Positions 1 through 8,141 of a DNA stretch of 32,000 nucleotides are shown piece after piece. Below the pieces are notes generated by a model that did not search any database, was not told where the DNA came from, and saw only the letters and a program-made list of their open reading frames with translations. Within the stretch, counting starts at the first letter, position 1. The number at the start of each line of letters is the position of its first letter. The translations under genes were made by a program, and so were the position numbers. Source of the stretch: Gammaproteobacteria bacterium (lineage in GTDB: Bacteria > Pseudomonadota > Gammaproteobacteria > JBIOEC01); the NCBI GenBank assembly GCA_965279305.1, contig OZ257143.1:510001-542000 (forward strand), in the 5' to 3' direction.

Positions 1-359
1 AGATCTGAGATAGGATATGCCGCATTGGCCGCTAAGGTGGTTTTTGCACCCTCAATACCTAAACGTTTTCCATTCCACAATTCTTTTTCAGGATCATTAG
101 GCCTTACAAACATAATATATTCTGGTTTTTTTGAAGCATCCGTACGCAACATCATTACAGCATCAGGCTCTGAAAAACCGGTTAAATAATATAAATAACT
201 ATTTTGTCTAAAAGGATAATGAACATCTCCATTTCGGATCTGCTCGCGAGCACCCGGGATTAACAATATTGAATTCGCAGGCAACAGCTCCGCTAATTGC
301 AATCTTCTATCAGCATAAAATTGCTGTGATAAATATGTATGAGAGGTGGCCGGTTTCAA
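1..359 (-). CDS. pepP: Xaa-Pro aminopeptidase PepP, N-terminal part (gene runs off the window start)
   Basis: My own minus-strand translation from 359 gives (TTG)KPATSHTYLSQQFYADRRLQLAELLPANSILLIPGAREQIRNGDVHYPFRQNSYLYYLTGFSEPDAVMML... This matches the conserved PepP N-domain (E. coli ...SEYPYRQNSDFWYFTGFNEPEAV...). It lies directly downstream of ygfB, as in E. coli. It is missing from the ORF track because it is open-ended and has a non-ATG start. TTG 359..357 overlaps the ygfB stop (TTGA), and an in-frame TAA at 369..371 rules out earlier starts. Confidence 0.8.
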   Translation of the reverse strand, partial: MKPATSHTYLSQQFYADRRLQLAELLPANSILLIPGAREQIRNGDVHYPFRQNSYLYYLTGFSEPDAVMMLRTDASKKPEYIMFVRPNDPEKELWNGKRLGIEGAKTTLAANAAYPISD

Positions 360-949
360 TGTAGGGTTTTACCTTCTTTTTCTTGTTGCATAAAACTTTC
401 AGATAATTCTCGCTGAACCAATAGCACAGCAATGCGAACATACTCAATAATAGCAGTAAGCGCTTTTTCTTGTGCTTCATGTGCATCGATTTTATGATCC
501 ACATCTGCAATGGCTTGCAAATCGCCCATGGCTTCATCCACTTGTGTTTGAGCTTTACCTAATAATCCACCCAAATAATTTCCAAACAATTCTACTCCTC
601 CAACAAATCCTTTACACCATATGCCAATAGCATGCGCGCGTTCAGCAATAACGTCTTCATCTTCGGGAAGAAATGGTTCAAAACGATATTCTGCATCGCG
701 TAAACTCAGCAAGGTTGCCGCTTGAATTTCTAATAATTCTTTTTTTATTTCGGGAATAAACGTATCCCATAATTTATCATCTCCGCCACTAGCCTGCATA
801 ATCCATTCTTGAGCAGTAGTATTAGGGTTACATACCAATAAACCACAGAGTAGACCATGCATTTGAGCAGGCTCTATAAAAATATGACACTTTAATAATA
901 AGTCACCGACTTGTTCATAGGATGGAAGCTTTTCAATACTCACGAGCAA
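356..949 (-). CDS. ygfB: UPF0149 / YgfB family protein
   Basis: 197-aa ORF. Its length, acidic composition and position (upstream of pepP, divergent from zapA) match the conserved gammaproteobacterial ygfB-pepP arrangement. Confidence 0.8.
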   Translation of the reverse strand: MLVSIEKLPSYEQVGDLLLKCHIFIEPAQMHGLLCGLLVCNPNTTAQEWIMQASGGDDKLWDTFIPEIKKELLEIQAATLLSLRDAEYRFEPFLPEDEDVIAERAHAIGIWCKGFVGGVELFGNYLGGLLGKAQTQVDEAMGDLQAIADVDHKIDAHEAQEKALTAIIEYVRIAVLLVQRELSESFMQQEKEGKTLH

Positions 950-1052
950 TACCCTCTTTACATGTTATTACATATTATACCATTGAACTTCTTCTGAAAG
1001 ATCCCTACAATTTACCCTAGAGATTTTATTCCCTTTTATATGGAAATAGCTT

Positions 1053-1328
1053 ATGAGCAAGAAAACGTTAGTTAACATCCAAGTCCTTAATAAAGAGCTT
1101 GCCATTATCTGCCCTACCAATGAAAAAGCCGATCTTTTTGCTGCTGCCGCCTATCTTGATAAAAAAATGCAAGAAGTACGTAAGCTTAGCAAAACATTGG
1201 ATCTTGATCGAATTGCTATTACCGCTGCTTTAAATATCGTACAGGAACTATTAAATTTACGCCAACAACCCTCTGAATCTAAAGAACATTATCCTGTACA
1301 GCTAAAAATATTTTCAGATAACGGTTAG
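1053..1328 (+). CDS. zapA: Cell division protein ZapA
   Basis: 91-aa ORF. The pattern V.I.....L.I.CP..EK..L..AA..L..K......K......R.A...ALNI..EL parallels E. coli ZapA. It sits immediately upstream of ssrS, as in E. coli. Confidence 0.85.
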   Translation: MSKKTLVNIQVLNKELAIICPTNEKADLFAAAAYLDKKMQEVRKLSKTLDLDRIAITAALNIVQELLNLRQQPSESKEHYPVQLKIFSDNG

Positions 1329-1407
1329 TACTATAGATGAATGATGTTTAGTGTTAGGTCAGAAAGGCGTTAAAAGCCGTATAAAACGTGTTTTTTTCAG
1401 AGAGCTA

Positions 1408-1416
1408 TGGTATAGT
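1408..1416 (+). promoter_or_regulatory. Extended -10 element (TGgTATAGT) of the putative ssrS promoter
   Basis: TGG-TATAGT at 1408..1416 lies about 7-8 nt upstream of the start of the predicted 6S closing stem (about 1424). Confidence 0.45.
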
Positions 1417-1423
1417 TGTAAGT

Positions 1424-1625
1424 GGGCGGTTCTGCTGGCCCGACAGCTATCAGTTACGTCTTGAGCCGATGTTTATAAAAGACTAGGGACTCGAACCAGA
1501 ACACCGTTGTGCAAGCCTTCATTACCTTTGGGTAATAAGAAGGAAGCCTGAAGTGTTACTTTTGATTCCCGCCTTGGACCAAAAGGGTTCAGGCGTCCGG
1601 TTAGCAACGGCAAGGTGGAACCCCC
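1424..1625 (+). ncRNA. ssrS: 6S RNA (RNA polymerase-sigma70 regulatory RNA)
   Basis: Blocks align by eye to E. coli 6S. CTTGAGCCGATGTTTATAAAAGAC matches CCUGAGCCGAUAUUUCAUACCAC. GAAGCCTGAAGTG matches GAAGCCUUAAAACUG. CGCCTTGGACCAAAAGGGTTCAGGCG...GGCAAGGTGGAACCCCC matches CACCUUGAACCAAGGGUUCAAGGG...GGCAUCUCGGAGAUUCCC. The 5' GGGCGGTTC pairs with the 3' GGAACCCCC as a closing stem. The zapA-ssrS-ygfA position is canonical. Ends are approximate (+/- 5 nt). Confidence 0.85.
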
Positions 1626-1633
1626 ATTTATTT

Positions 1634-2224
1634 ATGTCATCTATTATGACTCCAGATTTTAATAGCAAAGCTGATTTGCGTCAGCGTCTACGACAACAAC
1701 GGCAATCATTAAACACCGCCGTTCGTGAAAAAAACTCCCACGACATTATTCAACAATTAACTCATTCTGCGTTATTTGAAAAAAGCCTAAATATTATTTT
1801 ATATTTGCCTAATGATAATGAAGTAGATCTTACCCCCTTATTGACGTTACATTCGGATAAAAATTATTTTCTGCCTTGTTTAACCCCTGAAAAAATCCTG
1901 TTTTTTAAAGCCTATTCTAGCAATGCTGATTTATCCCCTAACTCACTAGGGATCCCGGAACCTACAGAAGGAGCTATTATTTCCGCTGAAAACGCTGATT
2001 TAGTATGCGTACCTCTAGTAGGGTTTTCTAGCACAGGAGAAAGACTAGGAATGGGTGGTGGATATTATGACAGAACGTTTGCATTTAAAATAAAACAGCC
2101 AAAAGCAAAACCGTATTTACTTGGCATTGCGTATGAATTTCAAAAAGTAGAAAATTTACCCCATAGCAGCTGGGATGTAAAATTAGATGGGATTATTACC
2201 GAACACGGTTTTCATCAACCATAG
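1634..2224 (+). CDS. ygfA: 5-formyltetrahydrofolate cyclo-ligase
   Basis: The ORF contains LRQQRQSL..., PLVGFSSTGERLGMGGGYYDRT and SWDVKLDGIITE, equivalent to E. coli YgfA [22 protein letters not shown]...EEWDIPL. I trimmed the track start (GTG 1553) because residues 1-27 overlap the 6S RNA. The first ATGs after the RNA are 1634 and 1646. Confidence 0.9.
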   Translation: MSSIMTPDFNSKADLRQRLRQQRQSLNTAVREKNSHDIIQQLTHSALFEKSLNIILYLPNDNEVDLTPLLTLHSDKNYFLPCLTPEKILFFKAYSSNADLSPNSLGIPEPTEGAIISAENADLVCVPLVGFSSTGERLGMGGGYYDRTFAFKIKQPKAKPYLLGIAYEFQKVENLPHSSWDVKLDGIITEHGFHQP

Positions 2225-2354
2225 GGTCGGCAGAGGGCGCATAAGAATAATTAACATTATTGGAAAGTAATTCTTGGCTGTAAGTAGTCACTACTAAACC
2301 CAAGCTAAAAATTAATGCCAATACAATGAGAATGTCTGGTTTATAACGACGCAC
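2196..2354 (-). CDS. Candidate small membrane protein (52 aa), unannotated
   Basis: My own translation from GTG 2354..2352 gives MRRYKPDILIVLALIFSLGLVVTTYSQELLSNNVNYSYAPSADPMVDENRVR*. AAAGGAG lies 9 nt upstream of the GTG. There is one clear hydrophobic helix after a basic N-terminus. The 3' end overlaps the ygfA 3' end by 29 nt. There is no homology support. Confidence 0.3.
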   Translation of the reverse strand: MRRYKPDILIVLALIFSLGLVVTTYSQELLSNNVNYSYAPSADPMVDENRVR

Positions 2355-2464
2355 GCTGATACACTCCTTTGTAAACAGTGGCCTCTGATAGGAAGCACAT
2401 ATGTTACCTTTCTTATTAAATTAAAGCCATACCAAAAATCTTAAATTATTGTAGGATTTTCGCC

Positions 2465-2938
2465 ATGACTCAATATTGGTTAATGAAGTCAGAACCTAGC
2501 ACATTCAGTATAGATGATTTAGAACGACAAAACGTAACTCCATGGGAAGGAGTGCGTAATTATCAGGCCAGAAACATGATGAGGGACGATTTCAAAAAAG
2601 GCGATAAAGTGCTTTTTTATCACTCTAATTGCGCGATTCCCGGTATTGCGGGTTTAGGCGAGGTGGTAAAAGAAAGCTACCCCGATGACACCGCATTTGA
2701 TCCACGCTCTGATTATTTTGATCCTAAAGCAAGCCCTTCAAACCCTAGATGGTATCGGGTAGATGTTAAGTTTATAAGGAAATTTCCTTATATTTTGAGT
2801 CTTTCTGATCTCAGAAAAAATCCTGATCTTGCTAGCATGATTGTGTTACGCAAACGAAATCGACTTTCTATTACGCCTGTTTCATTTGCTGAATGGCAAA
2901 CTATTCTGGGAATGATTGCCGAAAACCCTAAAAATTAA
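2465..2938 (+). CDS. EVE (PUA-like) domain protein
   Basis: 157 aa. The N-terminus YWLMKSEPSTFSIDDL....WEGVRNYQARNMMRD.FKKGDKVLFYHSN is the hallmark of EVE-domain proteins. Confidence 0.85.
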   Translation: MTQYWLMKSEPSTFSIDDLERQNVTPWEGVRNYQARNMMRDDFKKGDKVLFYHSNCAIPGIAGLGEVVKESYPDDTAFDPRSDYFDPKASPSNPRWYRVDVKFIRKFPYILSLSDLRKNPDLASMIVLRKRNRLSITPVSFAEWQTILGMIAENPKN

Positions 2939-2974
2939 ATTAATATTAATACAGATTATTAAGACTAAATGAAA

Positions 2975-3020
2975 TGACCTAAAACCACCGTGTTAAACCA
3001 TAGGTCAAGTTTTTGTTTTA
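2975..3020 (+). terminator. Weak candidate intrinsic terminator after the EVE gene
   Basis: A 7-bp stem, TGACCTA (2975..2981) with TAGGTCA (3001..3007), is followed by AGTTTTTGTTTT. The 19-nt loop is long, so this is tentative. Confidence 0.3.
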
Positions 3021-3056
3021 ATGGCGCATTTTTCAGGGATTTGCTAAACTAGTAAC

Positions 3057-3542
3057 ATGTCAAACACAGCACTATTTCCAGGCACATTCGATCCCATCAC
3101 TTATGGGCACCTCGATCTTGTACAACGTGCAAGCGTCTTATTTAAGCATGTCATTATTGGTGTTGCTGCAGACTCTTTCGGTAAAAGCCCTTTATTTGAT
3201 ACTAAAAAGCGCTTAGCCTTGGTTCAAAAAGCGGTTAAATCGTATAAAAATGTTAGGGTAATTTCCTTCAGTGGACTTACAGTAGAATGCGCAAAAGAAG
3301 AAAAAGCACAGGTTTTATTACGTGGGATCCGCTCAGGAAATGACTTGGCTTATGAGCTTCAAATGGCTGCTATGAACCGACATTTAGCACCCAATATTGA
3401 TACTTTATTCTTATCGCCCTCGCCTAAATATTCGCATATTTCTTCGAGCTTTGTACGGCAAATTGCAGAACTGCATGGGGATTTAAGCGGCCTAGTACCT
3501 GAACACGTACTGGAAGCCTTACACGCACGCTTCTCGCGCTAA
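3057..3542 (+). CDS. coaD: Phosphopantetheine adenylyltransferase
   Basis: 161 aa. It carries the FPGTFDPITYGHLDLVQRA nucleotidyltransferase motif and ISSSFVRQI near the C-terminus, both typical of CoaD. Confidence 0.95.
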   Translation: MSNTALFPGTFDPITYGHLDLVQRASVLFKHVIIGVAADSFGKSPLFDTKKRLALVQKAVKSYKNVRVISFSGLTVECAKEEKAQVLLRGIRSGNDLAYELQMAAMNRHLAPNIDTLFLSPSPKYSHISSSFVRQIAELHGDLSGLVPEHVLEALHARFSR

Positions 3543-3920
3543 TCAATACTCAACCAGCTTGCCAGCCAAATAAAGCACCTGACCGCGCTGAGCTACCATT
3601 TCAACAACCAAACCATTGGCACCAATAGCGCCCGCACGAACACGTGCATAATCCACTAATCGTTGAACTTGATCATATTCGCTTTCATCTGAAATCAGCG
3701 CCAACTCTGCCGTTACATCACCTCGCACTTTTCCAGAAAAAGGAACATGATCGTAAACCCCTACTTCCTGCATAGAATAATGCTTACTGCTTTTAGAAGG
3801 CTGGCTCAAAGAAATAAGACCTTGTGGTTCAAATAATGGCTTTTGTGCCAGCCAACCCACGAAAATAATGGAAAGTAAAACAATCAGCAAACAAATAAGA
3901 TTTTGTTGGATAGTTGTCAT
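3543..3920 (-). CDS. Hypothetical membrane-anchored protein (125 aa)
   Basis: The ORF has one N-terminal hydrophobic helix (LICLLIVLLSIIFVGWL) and a soluble C-domain. I do not recognise a family. Its stop codon directly abuts the coaD stop (0-nt gap). Confidence 0.55.
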   Translation of the reverse strand: MTTIQQNLICLLIVLLSIIFVGWLAQKPLFEPQGLISLSQPSKSSKHYSMQEVGVYDHVPFSGKVRGDVTAELALISDESEYDQVQRLVDYARVRAGAIGANGLVVEMVAQRGQVLYLAGKLVEY

Positions 3921-4069
3921 AATGTTCTTCCCTGTTGGCCTGAATCTTTTGTGTGAAAATTCAGGATTTTAGTTTTTAGTGCAACTCCTATATAATAACC
4001 CAAAATCCCTGATCTCTCCATGAATGATTCGGGTTTCTCAACAAATTTTTCACCACGATAGGATATATC

Positions 4070-4543
4070 ATGTTAAATATTAAAAAAATTCTCACCACAT
4101 TTTTAGTCAGTTTTATACTGAGTGGTTGTGCTACATTATCTACACCTGAAGAACCTATCGCAGCACCCAAAGCACCTAAAAAAATCACATGGACTGCTAA
4201 CAAATGCCAATCAACAAACTGGTATGAACTGGGTGTAGAACAAGGTGAACAACGTTACACAGATATTGATATCAAAAAAGTAGCCACTACATGTGTGCAA
4301 GAAGGTGTCGATATTCCTACTAGCGAATACTTGCGCGGTTTAGAAGAACAAGCCAAAAGCTACTGCACGCTACATCAAGGATATCAAATGGGTTTAGAAG
4401 GCCAAGAATATCCAACTGTTTGCAGAAAAGAAGTGTATAGTGAATTTTATTATGAGTGGTATCGTGGCGCAGAAGATTATTGCAAACAAAAAGCAGCCAC
4501 AGGACAACTAGCTACTCGCGTGTGCGAAACCATTACTACGTAA
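4070..4543 (+). CDS. Putative lipoprotein (DUF2799-like by memory)
   Basis: The signal peptide carries the lipobox L-S-G-C (FILSGCATLS). Repeated C..(N/D)W...G...G motifs and several Cys resemble what I recall of DUF2799 lipoproteins. AGGA lies 7 nt upstream of the ATG. Confidence 0.65.
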   Translation: MLNIKKILTTFLVSFILSGCATLSTPEEPIAAPKAPKKITWTANKCQSTNWYELGVEQGEQRYTDIDIKKVATTCVQEGVDIPTSEYLRGLEEQAKSYCTLHQGYQMGLEGQEYPTVCRKEVYSEFYYEWYRGAEDYCKQKAATGQLATRVCETITT

Positions 4544-4554
4544 GTTGATTTTTT

Positions 4555-5142
4555 ATGTTACAAAACACAGCCTTTCTAAAAAGCGCAGCCGCATGGACCG
4601 ATTTACCAGCTGAAGGCGGAAAAGAAGTAGCTTTCTGGGGACGCTCTAATTCAGGCAAATCCAGCACATTAAATACTTTATGTAGACAAAACGCTTTGGC
4701 GCGCACCAGTCGCACACCAGGTCGCACTACATTACTGAATTATTTTGAAGTAAAACCCAATCGCTATTTAGTGGATTTACCTGGCTACGGATATGCAAAA
4801 GCCGCTAAACATCTAAAAGCAGATTGGGATGCAGTGATCGATCATTACATCGAAAATCGTCACAGTTTAGTTGGCATTATTTTAATAATGGATATTCGAC
4901 ATCCATTAACAGAGATAGATCAAGAAATAGTAAAAAAGATTTCAGCACTCAATATTCCTGCACATATTGTATTAAACAAAGCCGATAAAATTGGATATGG
5001 CGCACAACAACAAACATTAAAAAAAGTAGAAAAAGAATTAAGCAAAAAAAATAATATCTCTGTGCAAACCTTTTCAGCACACAACAAACACAATCTAGAA
5101 GCTCTTGATAAAAAAGTACTCGAATGGCTCGAAATCGCCTAA
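4555..5142 (+). CDS. engB: Ribosome biogenesis GTPase EngB/YihA
   Basis: 195 aa. It has the G1 motif GRSNSGKSS, DLPGYGYA (G3) and NKADK (G4), the typical EngB layout. Confidence 0.92.
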   Translation: MLQNTAFLKSAAAWTDLPAEGGKEVAFWGRSNSGKSSTLNTLCRQNALARTSRTPGRTTLLNYFEVKPNRYLVDLPGYGYAKAAKHLKADWDAVIDHYIENRHSLVGIILIMDIRHPLTEIDQEIVKKISALNIPAHIVLNKADKIGYGAQQQTLKKVEKELSKKNNISVQTFSAHNKHNLEALDKKVLEWLEIA

Positions 5143-5144
5143 AA

Positions 5145-6047
5145 TTATTTTTCGTTGTAGATATTGGGGCAACCGGGTTGGCGCACTTTAAAGCGTTTAT
5201 AAACCCACTGATATTGCTCTGGATACTTCTCCACAATAGCTTGAATATCCGCATTCATCGCAGTCGCTGCCACAACCAAATCAGGATTATAAATATCAGG
5301 ATGTGCAGGGCTAAAATGCAATTCAAAACCTTTGCCTGGGCCTAAACGCACACAATATCCCCAAAACACTTCTGCTTTTCTTTTCTGTGCTAGCTTTAAT
5401 GCCAACGTCATTGTCCAGGCTGGAATACCAAAAAAAGGCGCAAATACACCACCACGTTTCCCTGGTACTTGATCGGGCAATATAGCAACTAACTCTCCTC
5501 TATCTAATTTTGCATAAGCTTCGCGTAAACCACTAGGCGTTAAAGGCAACATTTCACCACCACCATGCTCGCGTGCACTTTTTACAAACTCTTCCATTGC
5601 CGGAATACGTAAAGGTCTGTACATGGCAGCACAAGAATAATGATAAGGAAGATAACCTCTAGACACTTCCCATGCGCCTAAATGCGGAGCTAAAATCAGC
5701 AGGCCTTTCTTTTGCGCTTGTGCAGCACGCAAATGCTCTTCGCCTTTTACGGCTTTTATTAATGGCGCTACCTTTTCAGGAACCCATCTCCACCAAGCAC
5801 CATATTCTGCCACGCTACATACCATGGTCATTAAACTTTTGCGCACTAAACGGTCTTGTTCTTTTTTAGAAAGATGGGGAAAGCAATTTTTAATATTACA
5901 TCTAGCAACTCTTCTAAGAGGATTAGGAAACACATATAAAAGCCAGCCCGATGTTCTTCCTAAGTGCTGTGCAAAAGTAAAAGGCAGCACAGCGAGAACC
6001 TCTACAATAAATTTTAGACAAAATATTTTGATATCAATTGATCGCAT
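5145..6047 (-). CDS. lpxL: Lipid A biosynthesis lauroyl/myristoyl acyltransferase (LpxL/HtrB family)
   Basis: 300 aa. It has an N-terminal membrane anchor and the H-x4-E acyltransferase motif (APHLGAWE). Length and overall pattern fit the LpxL/LpxM family. Acyl-chain specificity cannot be called. Confidence 0.8.
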   Translation of the reverse strand: MRSIDIKIFCLKFIVEVLAVLPFTFAQHLGRTSGWLLYVFPNPLRRVARCNIKNCFPHLSKKEQDRLVRKSLMTMVCSVAEYGAWWRWVPEKVAPLIKAVKGEEHLRAAQAQKKGLLILAPHLGAWEVSRGYLPYHYSCAAMYRPLRIPAMEEFVKSAREHGGGEMLPLTPSGLREAYAKLDRGELVAILPDQVPGKRGGVFAPFFGIPAWTMTLALKLAQKRKAEVFWGYCVRLGPGKGFELHFSPAHPDIYNPDLVVAATAMNADIQAIVEKYPEQYQWVYKRFKVRQPGCPNIYNEK

Positions 6048-6058
6048 GAATTACCCAA

Positions 6059-6328
6059 TTAAAACGGAGCACTTTCTAATTCAGTTTCTAGTTGAGGTGC
6101 TTCTTCCGTTGTTTTTTTGTTTTCTGCTTCTACGCCTTGCATAATTTTATCTAATTCTTTAGTAGCAGCATCAAGACGATCTTTACATACCTGATAACTT
6201 TCAACCGCTTGTTTCACTTGCTTTAATACTTCATCAATATCAGGATTAGTATTTTCTTTTAACTGCTGAGAAATACTCTGCAATTTTTGGTAGTGCGTAA
6301 TAAATTTCTGTGTTTCATTAGCGGACAT
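6059..6328 (-). CDS. xseB: Exodeoxyribonuclease VII small subunit
   Basis: 89-aa helical protein immediately downstream of xseA. The pattern F......L..I...LE/K.......L......V....C...L is XseB-like. Confidence 0.75.
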   Translation of the reverse strand: MSANETQKFITHYQKLQSISQQLKENTNPDIDEVLKQVKQAVESYQVCKDRLDAATKELDKIMQGVEAENKKTTEEAPQLETELESAPF

Positions 6329-6347
6329 AACATTCTCCTATTTTACT

Positions 6348-7958
6348 TTATTCGTTACTGGTAACCGGTAAGTCACCATCATTAAATTTCACTATAAATT
6401 CTTTTTCGGTTTTTGCTTGTTCTTTGGTGCGCAGCACTTTCCCTGCTTTGCTTAGAGTTAAACTATATCCTCTTTCTAAAACACGGCTAGGATCATACGC
6501 ATTAATCAGTTCAATATAAGATCCAATGGTTTGCTGAGTGTTTTTTACTATCCAAAACATTTGTTGTTTAATAGACTGGATCAGCTGCTCAACATTTTGT
6601 TGCTCTTTTTGCAGCAATAATTGGCTCTTAAAAATCACTTGTTGATAATGTCGCAGCTGCAACATCAACTGCTGCCATTGAGTAGTTGTATTGCGATAAA
6701 CTCCGTTTTTAAGCTCTTCTAAACGCTGAAGCATTCGATAAATAAGGCCTTGGCTGCCATCTTTAATACTCAACATATAAACGCCCACAGCTCGTTGTTG
6801 CTTTAATAATTGGCGCTGGCTTTCGTTTAAAATCAACTGCCATGATTGCTGTGCTTGTTGCGCACGAGAAACAATCGTACTTAAAATATAATTAATGGCT
6901 TTTGATGGTGTATCGCGACGTAAGCAACTTACCTCTTCAATTAATAACTGATCATCCGCGTGACCTAAACCGGTAATGACTGGCACTGGAAAATTACAAA
7001 TATTTTGCAATATACTTAATTTAATTAAATTTAATAAACCTTGTCTAGAGCCACCGCCACGAATTAACACTAAAGCATCTAAAGGATTTTTTTCGTGCTG
7101 CGCGCGCGCTTCACTAAAAGCTTTATCTAAATCCTGCTCTGCAGCATCGCCTTCAAATCGGCTGGCATAATAATGAAATTGGCATAAACCTAACTTTTCT
7201 AATTTGTCGGCTTCACTTTTAAAATCATGATAACCAGAAGCGCCGGACGGATGAATCACCGCCACTCTACAAAAATCTTGTGGAACTGCAAGCTCACGAT
7301 TTTTATGTAAAATGCCTGCCGCTTGTAAAGTAGCTTTAAGCTGTTGCTGCATCAATGCAAATTCGCCTAAAGTAACAGCGGGATCAATATCCATAATTTT
7401 TCCGCCTAAATGATAGCGCGGATGAAATTCGGGTTGAACCAATAATCTAACCAACATGCCTTCAGCCAAAGGTTGGCCAAAAGCGCTTTGCATTTTGTCT
7501 TGAATTTTGGTCCACTGCTCGCCCCATGCGTTCACCGTAATGCAGCTAGCTTGTGAAACCGTGCCATTATCTTGCTGATCAATCAGCTCCACACTAAAAC
7601 CACGGCCTAATTGTTTTAAACGGGTGATCTGCCCTACTAACCAAATAGAGCGGTTAAATTGGTGATAAAAGGTTTGTTGCACTTGTTGAACAAATTGACG
7701 AATAGTAAATTGAGGCACACCATCAGGAGATACTTCGCCGGCGGCTATTACAGGAGTAGTGGAAACCAGTGCATTAGGTTCCCCCGCTTCACCTACCGAC
7801 ACAGTGGCAGACAGATCCGCAGGCAACCACGCACGAAAAGCATCTAAGGGCATATCGCTAGTCACATACCACTTTTTAGCTGTTGGGTTCCAACGAGCGC
7901 CTTTTTGCTTGGCCTTTTCTTTGTCTTGAAACGGACAATTGAGAAAAATAGTTTCCAT
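6348..7958 (-). CDS. xseA: Exodeoxyribonuclease VII large subunit with an extra N-terminal small domain
   Basis: 536 aa. From about residue 80 it shows an OB-fold region, then VAVIHPSGASG, LIRGGGS and GLGHADD (equivalent to E. coli VGVITS..GAA, VGRGGGS, GHETD), then a long Q-rich coiled C-region. Residues 1-45 form an added module (see findings). Confidence 0.85.
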   Translation of the reverse strand: METIFLNCPFQDKEKAKQKGARWNPTAKKWYVTSDMPLDAFRAWLPADLSATVSVGEAGEPNALVSTTPVIAAGEVSPDGVPQFTIRQFVQQVQQTFYHQFNRSIWLVGQITRLKQLGRGFSVELIDQQDNGTVSQASCITVNAWGEQWTKIQDKMQSAFGQPLAEGMLVRLLVQPEFHPRYHLGGKIMDIDPAVTLGEFALMQQQLKATLQAAGILHKNRELAVPQDFCRVAVIHPSGASGYHDFKSEADKLEKLGLCQFHYYASRFEGDAAEQDLDKAFSEARAQHEKNPLDALVLIRGGGSRQGLLNLIKLSILQNICNFPVPVITGLGHADDQLLIEEVSCLRRDTPSKAINYILSTIVSRAQQAQQSWQLILNESQRQLLKQQRAVGVYMLSIKDGSQGLIYRMLQRLEELKNGVYRNTTTQWQQLMLQLRHYQQVIFKSQLLLQKEQQNVEQLIQSIKQQMFWIVKNTQQTIGSYIELINAYDPSRVLERGYSLTLSKAGKVLRTKEQAKTEKEFIVKFNDGDLPVTSNE

Positions 7959-8141
7959 GAATTTACTTTAAATAATATCGCTTAAAGGTGAATTTTAAGC
8001 TAAATCACTGGAATTTACTAGAGGAAGGAGGTTAAGTCGAATAATGCTTTGCTTCTCAAAATTGCATATCTGATTATTTGACATAAATTATCATTCCCCT
8101 GGCCTCAGGAAAATGATGTTATTTCTGAGTAGATGAAATGC

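Noticed and set aside
310-537. The 75-aa minus-strand track ORF overlapping the ygfB/pepP junction
   Set aside because: It is out of frame with two well-supported conserved genes that occupy the same strand and coordinates. The peptide is low-complexity and Lys/Leu-rich.
1481-1500. A tRNA-like T-arm sequence (minus strand GGTTCGAGTCCC) suggesting a tRNA gene
   Set aside because: The flanking bases do not form a T-stem (TCTGG vs CCCTA), and no acceptor or anticodon arms can be drawn. The segment lies inside the 6S RNA alignment.
1553-1633. The N-terminal 27 codons of the track ORF for the cyclo-ligase (GTG start at 1553)
   Set aside because: They overlap the 3' arm of the 6S RNA and have no counterpart in YgfA homologues. 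ATG 1634 or 1646 is the more plausible start.
3988-7847. Track ORFs 3988..4203(-), 4536..4727(-), 4949..5254(-), 5124..5345(+), 5672..5869(+), 5824..6144(+), 6976..7170(+), 7659..7847(+)
   Set aside because: All are embedded in, or antisense to, conserved genes (lipoprotein, engB, lpxL, xseB, xseA). None has a credible ribosome-binding site or recognisable protein features.
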